From positions 1 through 44,882 of the forward strand of contig CALXPV010000002.1 in assembly GCA_944390295.1 (NCBI GenBank): a stretch of 44,882 bases of DNA, in the 5' to 3' direction. The notes under the pieces are model-generated. The model did not search any database, was not told where the DNA came from, and saw nothing but the letters and a program-made list of their open reading frames with translations. Below are positions 1 through 9,343 of the stretch, one piece after another (positions within the stretch are counted from its first letter, which is position 1; each line of letters starts with the position of its first letter). This stretch comes from an uncultured Clostridia bacterium. Its GTDB lineage: Bacteria; Bacillota; Clostridia; TANB77; CAG-508. The position numbers were made by a program, and so were the translations under genes.

Positions 1-33
1 TTACTAATCTCACAAAAAATATTTAAAAAAATA

Positions 34-106
34 ACAAACCTTAGATTTTTTTCTAAGGTTTGTCAATACTCTGAAAAAATAAACATGCTTAGCATGTTTA
101 TTTTTT
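34..106. terminator. Two consecutive AT-rich stem-loops with flanking A/T runs (bidirectional terminators)
   Basis: ACAAACCTTAGA-N7-TCTAAGGTTTGT (34-64). AAAAAATAAACATGC-TTA-GCATGTTTATTTTTT (74-106). Confidence 0.5.
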
Positions 107-130
107 TGCTTTTAAGTAAATAATTAAAAT

Positions 131-937
131 ATGGAAATGATTATAGAAATATTAAAATTATTATTAGAACTATTTGCAATAATCATAATTTCTAAAAAAC
201 TATTAGTTCCAATAATTAGAAAATTAGGAGAATCTTTAAAACTAAAAGCTCATACAATAGGAGTTATATCTGGTGTTGCAACAAGTATACCGGAGTTTCT
301 TACTGTTGCATTTTCTACAAGTTCTGGATTAATATCAGCAGGAATATATAATATATTAAGTTCAAATTTGATAAATATAATACAATATTTACTATCTGTA
401 ATTATCAATAAAAATATAAAATTATTAAAAAATAAATCAATATTAATTAGCATAATTTTATCTATAATAACAATAATTATTCCAATCATAATAATATATT
501 TTAAAATCGAAAGAAATATTATTTTAATTCCGATTTTTATTATATTGTTTTATATATTTAATAAAATAAATACTAATATTCACAAAAAATATGAAATAAA
601 CCTTGAATATAAATCAAGAGAAGGGAATGTATTAAAATATATTATTTATATAATTTTTATAGGTATAATATTATATTTTATAGGTGATTTATTAAGTAAT
701 ACACTTGAAGTATTGTGTCATACATTCAATATTTCTGAAATATTAATAGGGTTTATATTAGGAATGGCTACTAGTATTCCAGAATTCATAACTTTTATAG
801 AAAGTCAAAAATATTATAGTCAAAAAGATAATTTGTTGGGGTTAATAGAAGCTAGTAACAACTTAGTAGTATCAAACACTTTAAACTTATACGTAATTGG
901 TACAATATCAATAGTAATATTTCAAATTTTGGAATAA
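131..937 (+). CDS. CaCA-family (Na+/Ca2+ exchanger, YrbG-like) membrane protein
   Basis: 268-aa polytopic ORF. Duplicated alpha-repeat-like motifs GVATSIPEF (N half) and GMATSIPEF (C half). Confidence 0.65.
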   Translation: MEMIIEILKLLLELFAIIIISKKLLVPIIRKLGESLKLKAHTIGVISGVATSIPEFLTVAFSTSSGLISAGIYNILSSNLINIIQYLLSVIINKNIKLLKNKSILISIILSIITIIIPIIIIYFKIERNIILIPIFIILFYIFNKINTNIHKKYEINLEYKSREGNVLKYIIYIIFIGIILYFIGDLLSNTLEVLCHTFNISEILIGFILGMATSIPEFITFIESQKYYSQKDNLLGLIEASNNLVVSNTLNLYVIGTISIVIFQILE

Positions 938-992
938 TTTGAAACAATTTGAATATACTTATTGTAAGACTTAAAAAATATGAGGTGTTTAT

Positions 993-1280
993 ATGATATA
1001 TGAAACATATATTAAAGAAACTAAAATAGTTGATTATACAGACAAAGAAAAAGACTTGGATTTAATAAAATGTTTAATTAAAACTAAAGGAGAACTTGAT
1101 CTAGCAAATAAGAATTTTGAGTTTGCAGAAGGAGAATTAGTAGATTATTATGCATATCAAATAAAAGCAAATCAAGCTAAAATAAATTATCTATTAAAGA
1201 AAATAAAAAGAAGAGGATTAATTATAGATAATATAGAAGAAAAAAATATAAAATTAATAACTAAACAAGAAGCTATGTAA
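993..1280 (+). CDS. YaaL-like small protein (DUF2508-like)
   Basis: 95-aa ORF with RBS GAGGTG. Helical pattern ...ELDLANKNFEFAEGELVDYYAYQIKANQAKINYLLKKIK. Sits directly upstream of bofA, as yaaL does in Bacillus. Confidence 0.5.
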   Translation: MIYETYIKETKIVDYTDKEKDLDLIKCLIKTKGELDLANKNFEFAEGELVDYYAYQIKANQAKINYLLKKIKRRGLIIDNIEEKNIKLITKQEAM

Positions 1281-1329
1281 AGAATATTTGTCCATATACA
1301 TTCATACATTTTAATAGGAGTGATTGTAT

Positions 1330-1590
1330 ATGGACTATAATAATGTTTTAGCTTTTTCAGCAGCTGTGTGTTTTATCTTTTTATTTGGAAGAATTTTTGT
1401 TAAACCTTTAAAAGTTTTATTTAAATTAGCCTTAAATTCAATTCTAGGAGGAGTTTTAATATTGATTATAAATTATATAGGGCAAAGCTTTAATTTTCAT
1501 GTGGGGTTAAATATAGTTACATCAGTACTAATAGGATTATTAGGCTTGCCAGGTGCTATATTATTAGTTATAATAAATTTAATTATATAA
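1330..1590 (+). CDS. bofA: Pro-sigmaK processing inhibitor BofA-like membrane protein
   Basis: Two-TM small protein ending ...GLNIVTSVLIGLLGLPGAILLVIINL. ATG at 1330 is 10 nt from GGAG; the track's TTG at 1324 is too close to the RBS. Confidence 0.65.
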   Translation: MDYNNVLAFSAAVCFIFLFGRIFVKPLKVLFKLALNSILGGVLILIINYIGQSFNFHVGLNIVTSVLIGLLGLPGAILLVIINLII

Positions 1591-1603
1591 TAGGAGAAAG
1601 AAA

Positions 1604-2350
1604 ATGTATTTACCAACAGAAATAAAAAAATTTATAGGCGAATGTAATATTGAAAACTATTCTACATCAAAAAATGCAGAAACATTTTATATAAAAAAAG
1701 AAGATGGATACTTTTTAAAGATTGCAGACAAAGATACTTTACAAAAGGAAGCGAAAAAGACGAAGATACTGTATAAATATGGCTTAAGTGCAAATTTTGA
1801 AGTGTATATAAGCGAAGAAAAGGATTATCTTATAACTAAAAAGATACAAGGAGAAAGTGGAATTTCAAAAAAATATTTGCAAGACCCAACAAAGCTAGTA
1901 AAAATATATGCAACTACATTAAGAAAATTTCATGAGATTAAAACAAATGAAATAAAAGAAAACACCGTAGAACCATTAATAGAAAAGGCCATTTTAAGTC
2001 CAAATGCTGATGGCTATACTTATTTACTAAAAGAAGTTAATATTTTTTCTATAAACGAAGCAATAGAAGAAATAAAAAGACTAAAAAATAAAGTAAAATA
2101 TAATGTACTAGTACATGGAGATTACTGTTTACCAAATATTATTTTAGATGATTGGAAAGTATCAGGTATTATAGATGTAGGTGAAACAGGAGTAGGGGAC
2201 AGGCATTTTGATATATTTTGGGCTTTATGGAGTTTAAATTATAATTTAAAAACAAAAAAATATAATGATTTATTTTTAGATACATATGGTAGAGATTTAA
2301 TAGATTTAGATGTATTAAAATTAATGACATTGATAAATGCTTTATTATAG
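1604..2350 (+). CDS. Aminoglycoside/choline-kinase family phosphotransferase (APH-like)
   Basis: Catalytic-loop motif HGDYCLPNIIL and metal-binding IDVGETGVGDRHFD. Confidence 0.7.
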   Translation: MYLPTEIKKFIGECNIENYSTSKNAETFYIKKEDGYFLKIADKDTLQKEAKKTKILYKYGLSANFEVYISEEKDYLITKKIQGESGISKKYLQDPTKLVKIYATTLRKFHEIKTNEIKENTVEPLIEKAILSPNADGYTYLLKEVNIFSINEAIEEIKRLKNKVKYNVLVHGDYCLPNIILDDWKVSGIIDVGETGVGDRHFDIFWALWSLNYNLKTKKYNDLFLDTYGRDLIDLDVLKLMTLINALL

Positions 2351-2360
2351 GAGGTAAGAA

Positions 2361-3218
2361 ATGATAGAAAAATTAAATCCGATAGGAATAGGAACATATA
2401 AATTAGATTTAGAAAATAAAAAAGAAACATTAGATGGTTTATTATATTCTTTTAGAAAAGGGCAAAATTATATAAGTACAAGTTTAATGTATTCAGATTG
2501 TGCAATTGTAGATTTTTTAAAAGACTTCTTTAATAAAATAAATAGAGAAGAAATTTTTGTAATGTCACATTTAGAAAAATATATAGAAAAGAAAAGTGAT
2601 GTAGAAAAACAAGTAGATGAATATTTAAAAAGAATGGGCATAGAATATATTGATGCTCTTCAAATACATACTCCAGAAGTATGTAAGCTTCCATTATTAG
2701 ATGTTTATTATGAGATGAAAAAAGTGCAAGAAAAAGGAAAAGTAAGGTATTTATCAACAAGTAATACTTCTTTTGAACAGTTAAAAGAATTACAGAATAA
2801 TTTTGGAATATATAGTTTTGAAGGTGTATATAATTTAGATTGTAAGATATATGAAAACATAGGATTAGTAGATTATTGTAAGGAAAATAATATAAAATTT
2901 ATATGTTATCAAGCATTAAGAAGAAATAAAATAGCAGAAGCAAATTATGATTTTTTAGTAAAAATGGCTGAAAAATATAATAAAACACAAAACCAGATTT
3001 TAATTAATTGGATGCTAAAAGCAAAAGGATTATATACATTAATAAAAACAACTCAAAAAGAGTATATAGATAGCAATTTAGAATCATTAGATTTCAATTT
3101 AGAAGAGGAAGATATAAAAATATTAAATGACTTCCAAAACGAAAAATATAATTCTATAAAAATAGATTGGGACGCAAACCGTGGAGGAGTTACGATAGAT
3201 AAATTAGCAAGTCAATAA
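2361..3218 (+). CDS. Aldo/keto reductase family oxidoreductase
   Basis: 285-aa ORF whose length and layout fit an AKR barrel (GIGTY..., YIDALQIHTP, NIKFICYQAL). Confidence 0.7.
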   Translation: MIEKLNPIGIGTYKLDLENKKETLDGLLYSFRKGQNYISTSLMYSDCAIVDFLKDFFNKINREEIFVMSHLEKYIEKKSDVEKQVDEYLKRMGIEYIDALQIHTPEVCKLPLLDVYYEMKKVQEKGKVRYLSTSNTSFEQLKELQNNFGIYSFEGVYNLDCKIYENIGLVDYCKENNIKFICYQALRRNKIAEANYDFLVKMAEKYNKTQNQILINWMLKAKGLYTLIKTTQKEYIDSNLESLDFNLEEEDIKILNDFQNEKYNSIKIDWDANRGGVTIDKLASQ

Positions 3219-3224
3219 GAATAT

Positions 3225-3265
3225 AAAAAAACCTAAATAAATTTAAATTTATTTAGGTTTTTTTT
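3225..3265. terminator. Bidirectional intrinsic terminator between convergent AKR gene and glmS
   Basis: AAAAAACCTAAATAAATT / AATTTATTTAGGTTTTTT perfect palindrome with A-run and T-run. Confidence 0.7.
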
Positions 3266-3272
3266 ATGAAAT

Positions 3273-3301
3273 AGGGATTTTAGGACCGTCCCCGAATCCC
3301 T
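3273..3301 (-). repeat. Palindromic element, copy A (co-oriented with glmS, overlaps its stop codon)
   Basis: Minus-strand reading is AGGGATTCGGGGACGGTCCTAAAATCCCT. Near-identical copies at 13137-13167 and 17198-17228. Confidence 0.8.
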
Positions 3302-5123
3302 ATTCAACTGTTACTGATTTAGCAAGATTTCTTGGTTTATCAACATCTAATCCCTTTGCTTTAGAAATATAATAAGAAAGCAATTGTAAAGGAATTATTG
3401 AAAGCACTGGAGCAAAACATGGCTCTGTTTTTGGAATATTAATAACTTTAAAAAATTGTGAGTTATTAAGTTCTTGATTTGTAATTACTAGTGTTTTTGC
3501 ACCACGTGTTATTACTTCTTGCATATTGCTTACTGTTTTTTCAACTAATAATGGATTTGTAATAATTCCAATTACAGTAACATCATTTTCTATTAATGCA
3601 ATAGGTCCATGTTTTAATTCTCCTGCAGCATATGCTTCAGAATGAATATAAGAAATTTCTTTTAATTTTAAAGAAGCTTCTAGGGCAGAATAGTAATCTA
3701 ATCCTCTACCTAAAAAGAACATATCTGTCTCTTTATATACAATACTTGAGAAATTTTTAATTTCTGCAACTGTTCTTAGAGCTAATTCAGCTTTTTTAGG
3801 TAATTCTAATAATTCTTCTTTTAATTTTGATATTTCTTTTTTAGAAACTGTATCTAAAACTTCAGCAAAATATAATGCTAAAATATTTAATAATACAACT
3901 TGTGAAGTATATGCTTTTGTAGAAGCAACTGCTATTTCTGGACCAGCATGTGTATAAATACAATAATCTGCTTCACGAGTAATAGAGCTTCCTATAACAT
4001 TTGCCATTGCTAAAGTTTTTGCACCTTTTTCTTTAGCTAATTTTAATGCTGCTATTGTATCAGCTGTTTCACCAGATTGACTTATAAAAATACATAAAGT
4101 TTTCTCATCAACTAATGGATCTTTATATCTAAATTCTGAAGCAATTTCAACTTCAACAGGAATTTTGCATAAAGATTCAAATGTATTTTTTACAGTATAT
4201 CCAGCATTCATTGCAGTACCACATGCTACTATATATAATTTATTTAAGCTTTGTAAGTATTCTTTAGATATACTAAAATCATTAAAAGAAATTTTATCTT
4301 CTGAAAGTTTAGAACCAATAGTTTCTCTAATTGCATTTGGTTGCTCATAGATTTCTTTTAACATAAAATCATCATAACCATCTTTTTCTGCTGAAGCAGT
4401 ATTCCATTCAATACTTTTTATTGGCTTTTCTATTTTATTTAAATCATTATCATAAAATTCTATATTTTTTCTGGATAAAACTGCAAATTCACGATCATTT
4501 AAAAAATAGAAATCTTTTGTAAATGAAAGTATTGCAGGTATATCTGATGAAATATAATTTTCATTTAGACCTTTACCTATAACTAAAGGACTATCTTGTC
4601 TTACAACAATCATATTATCAGGATAATCTTTGCAAAGTATTTCTAATGCAAAACTTCCTTTTAAATCATCACATGCTTTTTTTACAGATTTAAGAAAATC
4701 CTTTTCTTTTTTATAATAATAACTAATTAAGTTAGGGATAACTTCTGTATCTGTATCAGAGAAGAAAGTATATCCTTTATCCTCTAATAATTTTCTTAAT
4801 TCATGATAATTTTCTATAATTCCATTATGGACTACAGCAAAGGTATTGGTATTGTCATAATGAGGGTGAGAATTTTCTGCAGAAGGTTTCCCATGTGTTG
4901 CCCAACGAGTGTGGCCAATACCAATAGTTCCTTCTAAAGTATTTATTTCCTCTATAGAATTTAAATTTGCAATTCTACCTTTTTCTTTTACAACTTTTAT
5001 GCCATCATTTTCGATTGTGGCAATTCCTGCAGAGTCATAACCTCTGTATTCTAATCTAAGTAAGCCATTAATTAAAATAGGCTTAGCCTTTTTGGTTCCT
5101 ATGTAACCAATTATTCCGCACAT
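3300..5123 (-). CDS. glmS: Glutamine--fructose-6-phosphate aminotransferase
   Basis: 607 aa. N-terminal MCGIIGY (Ntn Cys), two SIS domains, C-terminal ...LAKSVTVE. Confidence 0.97.
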   Translation of the reverse strand: MCGIIGYIGTKKAKPILINGLLRLEYRGYDSAGIATIENDGIKVVKEKGRIANLNSIEEINTLEGTIGIGHTRWATHGKPSAENSHPHYDNTNTFAVVHNGIIENYHELRKLLEDKGYTFFSDTDTEVIPNLISYYYKKEKDFLKSVKKACDDLKGSFALEILCKDYPDNMIVVRQDSPLVIGKGLNENYISSDIPAILSFTKDFYFLNDREFAVLSRKNIEFYDNDLNKIEKPIKSIEWNTASAEKDGYDDFMLKEIYEQPNAIRETIGSKLSEDKISFNDFSISKEYLQSLNKLYIVACGTAMNAGYTVKNTFESLCKIPVEVEIASEFRYKDPLVDEKTLCIFISQSGETADTIAALKLAKEKGAKTLAMANVIGSSITREADYCIYTHAGPEIAVASTKAYTSQVVLLNILALYFAEVLDTVSKKEISKLKEELLELPKKAELALRTVAEIKNFSSIVYKETDMFFLGRGLDYYSALEASLKLKEISYIHSEAYAAGELKHGPIALIENDVTVIGIITNPLLVEKTVSNMQEVITRGAKTLVITNQELNNSQFFKVINIPKTEPCFAPVLSIIPLQLLSYYISKAKGLDVDKPRNLAKSVTVE

Positions 5124-5169
5124 ATATTGTTCCTCCTACTATATAATAAAATAACCAAAAAGTAACAAT

Positions 5170-5306
5170 ATAGCTACACAATTAGATTTGTTCTACTATC
5201 ACTAGTAGTTTTTGCTAATATTTATGGTTGTAGCAGACCACAGAGTACCCGCCGAATATTTCGATAAACTCTGACCTCGTCAACACTATAAGTGTCCTGG
5301 CGCTTT
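5170..5306 (-). ncRNA. glmS ribozyme (GlcN6P-responsive) in the glmS 5' leader
   Basis: Minus strand reads A|GCGCCAGGAC...GACGAGGTCAGAGTTTATCGAAATATTCGGCGGGTACTCTG..., matching the conserved glmS ribozyme core (AGCGCCAG, GACGAGG, UUAUCGAA, UUCGGCGG). Confidence 0.85.
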
Positions 5307-5556
5307 ATTAATTGTCATTTATAATATATAAAATAAACCTCCCTTCAAATATTATTACATTGTAAACTTTTTGGTTTACGCTATTATATTATAATAAAAA
5401 AGAAAAAGTATCAAGTCCAATATAATAAACAAGTAAATACCTTGTCAAAAAAGGTCGGATAGAAATGCTGTAAACATATTGAAATTAGTATAAAAAGGGT
5501 GTAAAATACTTAAGATACTAAAGTTCTATTTTTATATCCAAATTGGAGGGAAAAGT

Positions 5557-6045
5557 ATGATAGAAAAAGTAAGGGATAGTATTTACCGGATAAAATTTAA
5601 AGGAGAAGAATTCAAATTCGAAGAAAAAGGAATTATGGATTCAAAACATATGTGGATTATAGGCAGTGATGAACCAGCCAAAGAAATTCACGTAGAGTTT
5701 ATGAAATCTAAAGATATGACAGAAGATGAATACTACTCAAAATTGTTTGATGCATTAAAAAAAGTAATGCAAAAAAGAGAACTTTCCAATGTTTTTGGAA
5801 AGAATGTACTTACTATGGTGTTCTTCATAAATAAGAGAATAAAGATACATTTCTATATTACTAATATTAGAGCAGAGCTTAAAGCGAATTGGGATAATGA
5901 CGAAGATACAGATATGAAAGTTGCCGAAACAGTTTCATATATGGATGGAAAGGATATATGGAATGAATTGGATCGATTATTTCTAAAGCTGAGCGAGAAT
6001 TATAATGAAATATGGGTTTGTTCAGATTTCGATGAGGACACTTAA
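5557..6045 (+). CDS. Hypothetical acidic cytoplasmic protein (162 aa), no recognised family
   Basis: Strong RBS GGAGGG 7 nt upstream and its own terminator downstream. No TM or signal sequence. Confidence 0.6.
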   Translation: MIEKVRDSIYRIKFKGEEFKFEEKGIMDSKHMWIIGSDEPAKEIHVEFMKSKDMTEDEYYSKLFDALKKVMQKRELSNVFGKNVLTMVFFINKRIKIHFYITNIRAELKANWDNDEDTDMKVAETVSYMDGKDIWNELDRLFLKLSENYNEIWVCSDFDEDT

Positions 6046-6050
6046 AATGG

Positions 6051-6081
6051 AAAGCACACATCAAAAACTGATGTGTGCTTT
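6051..6081 (+). terminator. Intrinsic terminator
   Basis: AAAGCACACATCA-AAAAC-TGATGTGTGCTTT. Confidence 0.75.
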
Positions 6082-6144
6082 GCAATTAACATAATAATAT
6101 GATATAATATTTTTTGTAGTAAAAAAGTTGAAAGGAGAACAAAA

Positions 6145-6516
6145 ATGCAAGAAAAGAATACAATCCGGCTGAATAGCTTGGAGTTACAAATCACAAACAT
6201 GGAGGTTAATGGGGCAGGATATAAAATTGCTGTCGATTGTGGACATTATGGAGTGCATATGGTTTTAGTAAATGCAGTCCAGGCCTTTAACGAGGCAGGT
6301 AGAGAGGTGAATACAAGTTCTGTTACAGAGCATGACGAAATTACCTTTCAATATGATGATATTCACGATTTAACAGTTGGAAAAGACTGGATTACCGTTA
6401 TGTCCGGAAAAAGAAAATGGACCATGCAGAGTACATTTTACACAACCAATGAGTGTGTATCAGAAGTTGAATTTATGATACATATGATGGATTTACATCC
6501 TACTGTGAGTGATTAG
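6145..6516 (+). CDS. Hypothetical protein (123 aa), no recognised family; elevated GC
   Basis: RBS AAAGGAGA. A 60-nt spot count gives about 38% GC versus about 28% in backbone genes. Confidence 0.6.
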   Translation: MQEKNTIRLNSLELQITNMEVNGAGYKIAVDCGHYGVHMVLVNAVQAFNEAGREVNTSSVTEHDEITFQYDDIHDLTVGKDWITVMSGKRKWTMQSTFYTTNECVSEVEFMIHMMDLHPTVSD

Positions 6517-6538
6517 TTCTCTGTACTACAAATTTAGG

Positions 6539-6566
6539 GGGAAAAGGCTTCTTGCTTTTTCCCTTT
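6539..6566 (+). terminator. Intrinsic terminator
   Basis: GGGAAAAGGC-TTCTT-GCTTTTTCCC followed by TTT. Confidence 0.6.
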
Positions 6567-6630
6567 ACTACATAATTGATTGAAAAAAATAAATAATATA
6601 TATATAATTAAAAACAAGCGAGGTGAAAAA

Positions 6631-8427
6631 ATGCAAAACAAATTTAATATAGAAGAGGAAATAAAGAAATTACCATCAAAACCTGGTGTATATATAATGC
6701 ATGATAAAAATAATAATATAATATATGTGGGAAAAGCTATTTCATTAAAAAGAAGAGTTACATCATATTTTAGAAAAACAAATAAAACAGAACGTATAAA
6801 GAAAATGGTTTCATTGGTAGATTATTTTGAATATATAGTAGTTAATAATGAAGCTGAAGCATTAATTTTAGAATGTAATTTAATAAAAAAATATAGACCT
6901 AAGTTTAATGTTTTATTAAAAGATGATAAAACATATCCATATATAAAAATAGATGTAAAATCTGATTTCCCAAATGTAGTTATAACAAGAAGATTATTAA
7001 ATGATGGCTCAAAATACTTTGGACCTTATGCAAATCCAGGAGCAGCAAAAGAAATGGTAGATTTTATAAAAAGCAAATATAAAATAAGACAATGTAGGAA
7101 TTTTAAATCAACTACAAGACCTTGCTTAAATTATCATATAAAAAAATGTTTTGCACCTTGTGTTGGATATATTTCGAAAGAAGAATATAGAAAACAAATA
7201 GATGAGATAATAGATTTGTTAGAAGGAAAAACTAGTAAAATTATTAAAGAATTAGGAATACAAATGGAAGAGGCATCAAAGAAATTAGAATTTGAAAAAG
7301 CTGCATATTTAAGAGATAAGATGGTAGCAATAGAAAGAATATCAGAAAAACAAAGAGTCTCAAACATATCAGAAAATAATATTGATGTTATTGGAATCGC
7401 TAAAAATGATTTAGAAGTTTGCATAGAAATATTTTTCGTAAGAGGAAGTAAAATGGTAGGAAGAGAATATTACTTCTTTCAAGATTTAGTAGATATGGAA
7501 GAGAGTGAGATTCTTTCTGGATTTATAAAACAATATTATATGGATAATCCTAATTTACCAAATAAAATAATGATGAGAGAAGAACCAGAAGACAAGGAAA
7601 GTATAGAAGAATGGCTTTCTAATATAGCAAGTAGGAAAGTTGAAATAAAAACTCCTCAAAAAGGAGAGAAGTTACGATTTGTAGAAATGGCAGAAAATAA
7701 TGCGGAGATTACATTAAAAAATAAATTTGAAGATAAAAATAGTTTATTATTAGAATTAAAAGAAGTATTAAAAATGGATAAAATTCCTAGAAAAATAGAG
7801 TGCTATGATATATCAAATATATCAGGAACAAATATGGTTGCAGGAATGTGTGTAATGCAAAATGGAATTATTAAGAAGAATTTATCTAGAAGATTTAAAA
7901 TAAAAACAGTTTATGGACAAGATGATCCAAGATGTATGGAAGAAGTAATAGAAAGAAGACTAAAACATTCATTAAATGGAACAAGTACTGGTTTTGGAAA
8001 TTTACCAGATGTAATTTTTGTTGACGGAGGAATTACACAAATTAGAGCAGCAAGAAGAGTTATAGATAAACTTGGTGTTGATATTAAAATATTTGGAATG
8101 GTAAAAAATGATAAACATAGAACTAGAGCATTAATGGATAAAGACAGAAATGAAATTGAGATTTCTGAAGAATTATTAAATTTAATTACTAAATTTCAAG
8201 ATACTGTTCATGATACTGCAATTTCTTACCATAAAAAGTTAAGAGAGAAAGAAATGACAGAATCTGCTTTAGATAAAATTTCTGGAATAGGTGAGGCAAA
8301 AAGAAATCTACTTTTAAAAAGATTTAAAACAGTAAGTAATATAAAGAAAGCATCACCAGAAGAAATAATGACTGTTAAAGGAATAAATAAAGATTTAGCA
8401 ATAAAAATAAAACAAGAACTACGATAA
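6631..8427 (+). CDS. uvrC: Excinuclease ABC subunit C
   Basis: GIY-YIG N-terminus (PGVYIMHD..NIIYVGKA), UVR domain and C-terminal HhH. ATG at 6631 follows RBS GAGGTG; the track's TTG 6580 extension is unlikely. Confidence 0.95.
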   Translation: MQNKFNIEEEIKKLPSKPGVYIMHDKNNNIIYVGKAISLKRRVTSYFRKTNKTERIKKMVSLVDYFEYIVVNNEAEALILECNLIKKYRPKFNVLLKDDKTYPYIKIDVKSDFPNVVITRRLLNDGSKYFGPYANPGAAKEMVDFIKSKYKIRQCRNFKSTTRPCLNYHIKKCFAPCVGYISKEEYRKQIDEIIDLLEGKTSKIIKELGIQMEEASKKLEFEKAAYLRDKMVAIERISEKQRVSNISENNIDVIGIAKNDLEVCIEIFFVRGSKMVGREYYFFQDLVDMEESEILSGFIKQYYMDNPNLPNKIMMREEPEDKESIEEWLSNIASRKVEIKTPQKGEKLRFVEMAENNAEITLKNKFEDKNSLLLELKEVLKMDKIPRKIECYDISNISGTNMVAGMCVMQNGIIKKNLSRRFKIKTVYGQDDPRCMEEVIERRLKHSLNGTSTGFGNLPDVIFVDGGITQIRAARRVIDKLGVDIKIFGMVKNDKHRTRALMDKDRNEIEISEELLNLITKFQDTVHDTAISYHKKLREKEMTESALDKISGIGEAKRNLLLKRFKTVSNIKKASPEEIMTVKGINKDLAIKIKQELR

Positions 8428-8433
8428 GTATAA

Positions 8434-8465
8434 AAAACTGCTTCGAAGTTTAACGAGGCAGTTTT
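8434..8465 (+). terminator. uvrC terminator
   Basis: AAAACTGCTTCG-N8-CGAGGCAGTTTT. Confidence 0.65.
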
Positions 8466-8535
8466 ATAATGGACAAAATATCGAAAAAGTAGTATAATAA
8501 TTATGTTTACAAAATTTGAAAGGAGATAAAAGATT

Positions 8536-9276
8536 ATGAAAAAATTGTGGCTCGGATTTCCAATTGATGGGGGTGTTATAATATCCTCTCCAAAAACTGG
8601 AATACCAACTGCACGTGTAACGCGGTCTGATAATGGGCTAGAAGTAGCGGAACTTGTTGGATACAGAACAGAGAAAGAAATATTGGAAGAAGAGAATAAA
8701 AAATTTTCTTCACAAAATATCATTCGAGGAATGATTGTAGCATATGCAATTATTACAATAAGTTTTGTCCTTATAAGTGGAATACGGGGGCTTACAGTGG
8801 GACTGTATATAAGTCTTATAACATGTGTTCAAGTTCATTCTCTTTTGCCAGATATTCTTTATGCATTTAAGTATAAAGAATATGCTCAATATATGAGCAT
8901 CCTGGAAAAAATAGATGAATGTGACAGAGATAAAAAAGATATTAGTTTAGAAGAATTATCTACAATAAAATACAACCCGAAAGAAACTAATACAATAAGC
9001 CAAATACTATTGGCTTTAATATTAGCTATTGTTATTTTATTTACGGAGAATACAGCAACTATTACATATGTAATTACTATTGTTGCAATTTTTATATTGT
9101 ATATATTCTCGCTAAAAAACAGAAAGACTATAAAACTATATGAAAAAATAGAAAAATTACTTTTGTACAGAAAACCCACAAAAGATCAAATCGAATTAGT
9201 GTGGTTTGGTCTACAATTTTTAAAGAAATGCGAGGAGGAAGATTCAAGAATCTTTAACTGGTACTATAAAAATTAA
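8536..9276 (+). CDS. Hypothetical membrane protein (about 60-aa soluble N-domain plus 4-5 TM helices)
   Basis: RBS AAAGGAGA. The 5' third is visibly GC-enriched and the remainder is backbone-like. Confidence 0.6.
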   Translation: MKKLWLGFPIDGGVIISSPKTGIPTARVTRSDNGLEVAELVGYRTEKEILEEENKKFSSQNIIRGMIVAYAIITISFVLISGIRGLTVGLYISLITCVQVHSLLPDILYAFKYKEYAQYMSILEKIDECDRDKKDISLEELSTIKYNPKETNTISQILLALILAIVILFTENTATITYVITIVAIFILYIFSLKNRKTIKLYEKIEKLLLYRKPTKDQIELVWFGLQFLKKCEEEDSRIFNWYYKN

Positions 9277-9287
9277 ATCTTTTAGAA

Positions 9288-9335
9288 ACCCAAAAAACAG
9301 TCGTAATCTGGATAGAGGACGACTGTTTTTTGGGT
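9288..9335. terminator. Bidirectional terminator (convergent with deoD)
   Basis: ACCCAAAAAACAGTCGT-N14-ACGACTGTTTTTTGGGT. Confidence 0.75.
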
Positions 9336-9343
9336 TATATAAT

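Noticed and set aside
1604-2350. APH-like kinase as an acquired aminoglycoside-resistance determinant
   Set aside because: Its composition and operon context (tightly packed with bofA and an AKR gene) look native. The family includes many non-resistance kinases, and substrate cannot be inferred from motifs alone.
5330-6580. Calling the higher-GC inserts (5557-6516, 8536-9276, 13210-14898, 17380-18096) mobile elements or genomic islands
   Set aside because: There is no integrase, transposase or recombinase ORF, no tRNA target and no clear terminal inverted or direct repeats. The short TACTACA repeats flanking the 6539-6566 hairpin are too short to count. I report only the compositional anomaly.
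6580-6630. Upstream extensions offered by the ORF track (uvrC 6580, 10160, 17350, 18680, 20862, 23810, 39743, 41476, 43009, 44078, 39632)
   Set aside because: In each case an internal ATG is preceded at 5-10 nt by a strong GGAGG-like RBS, and the conserved N-terminus begins there. The extensions lack an RBS.
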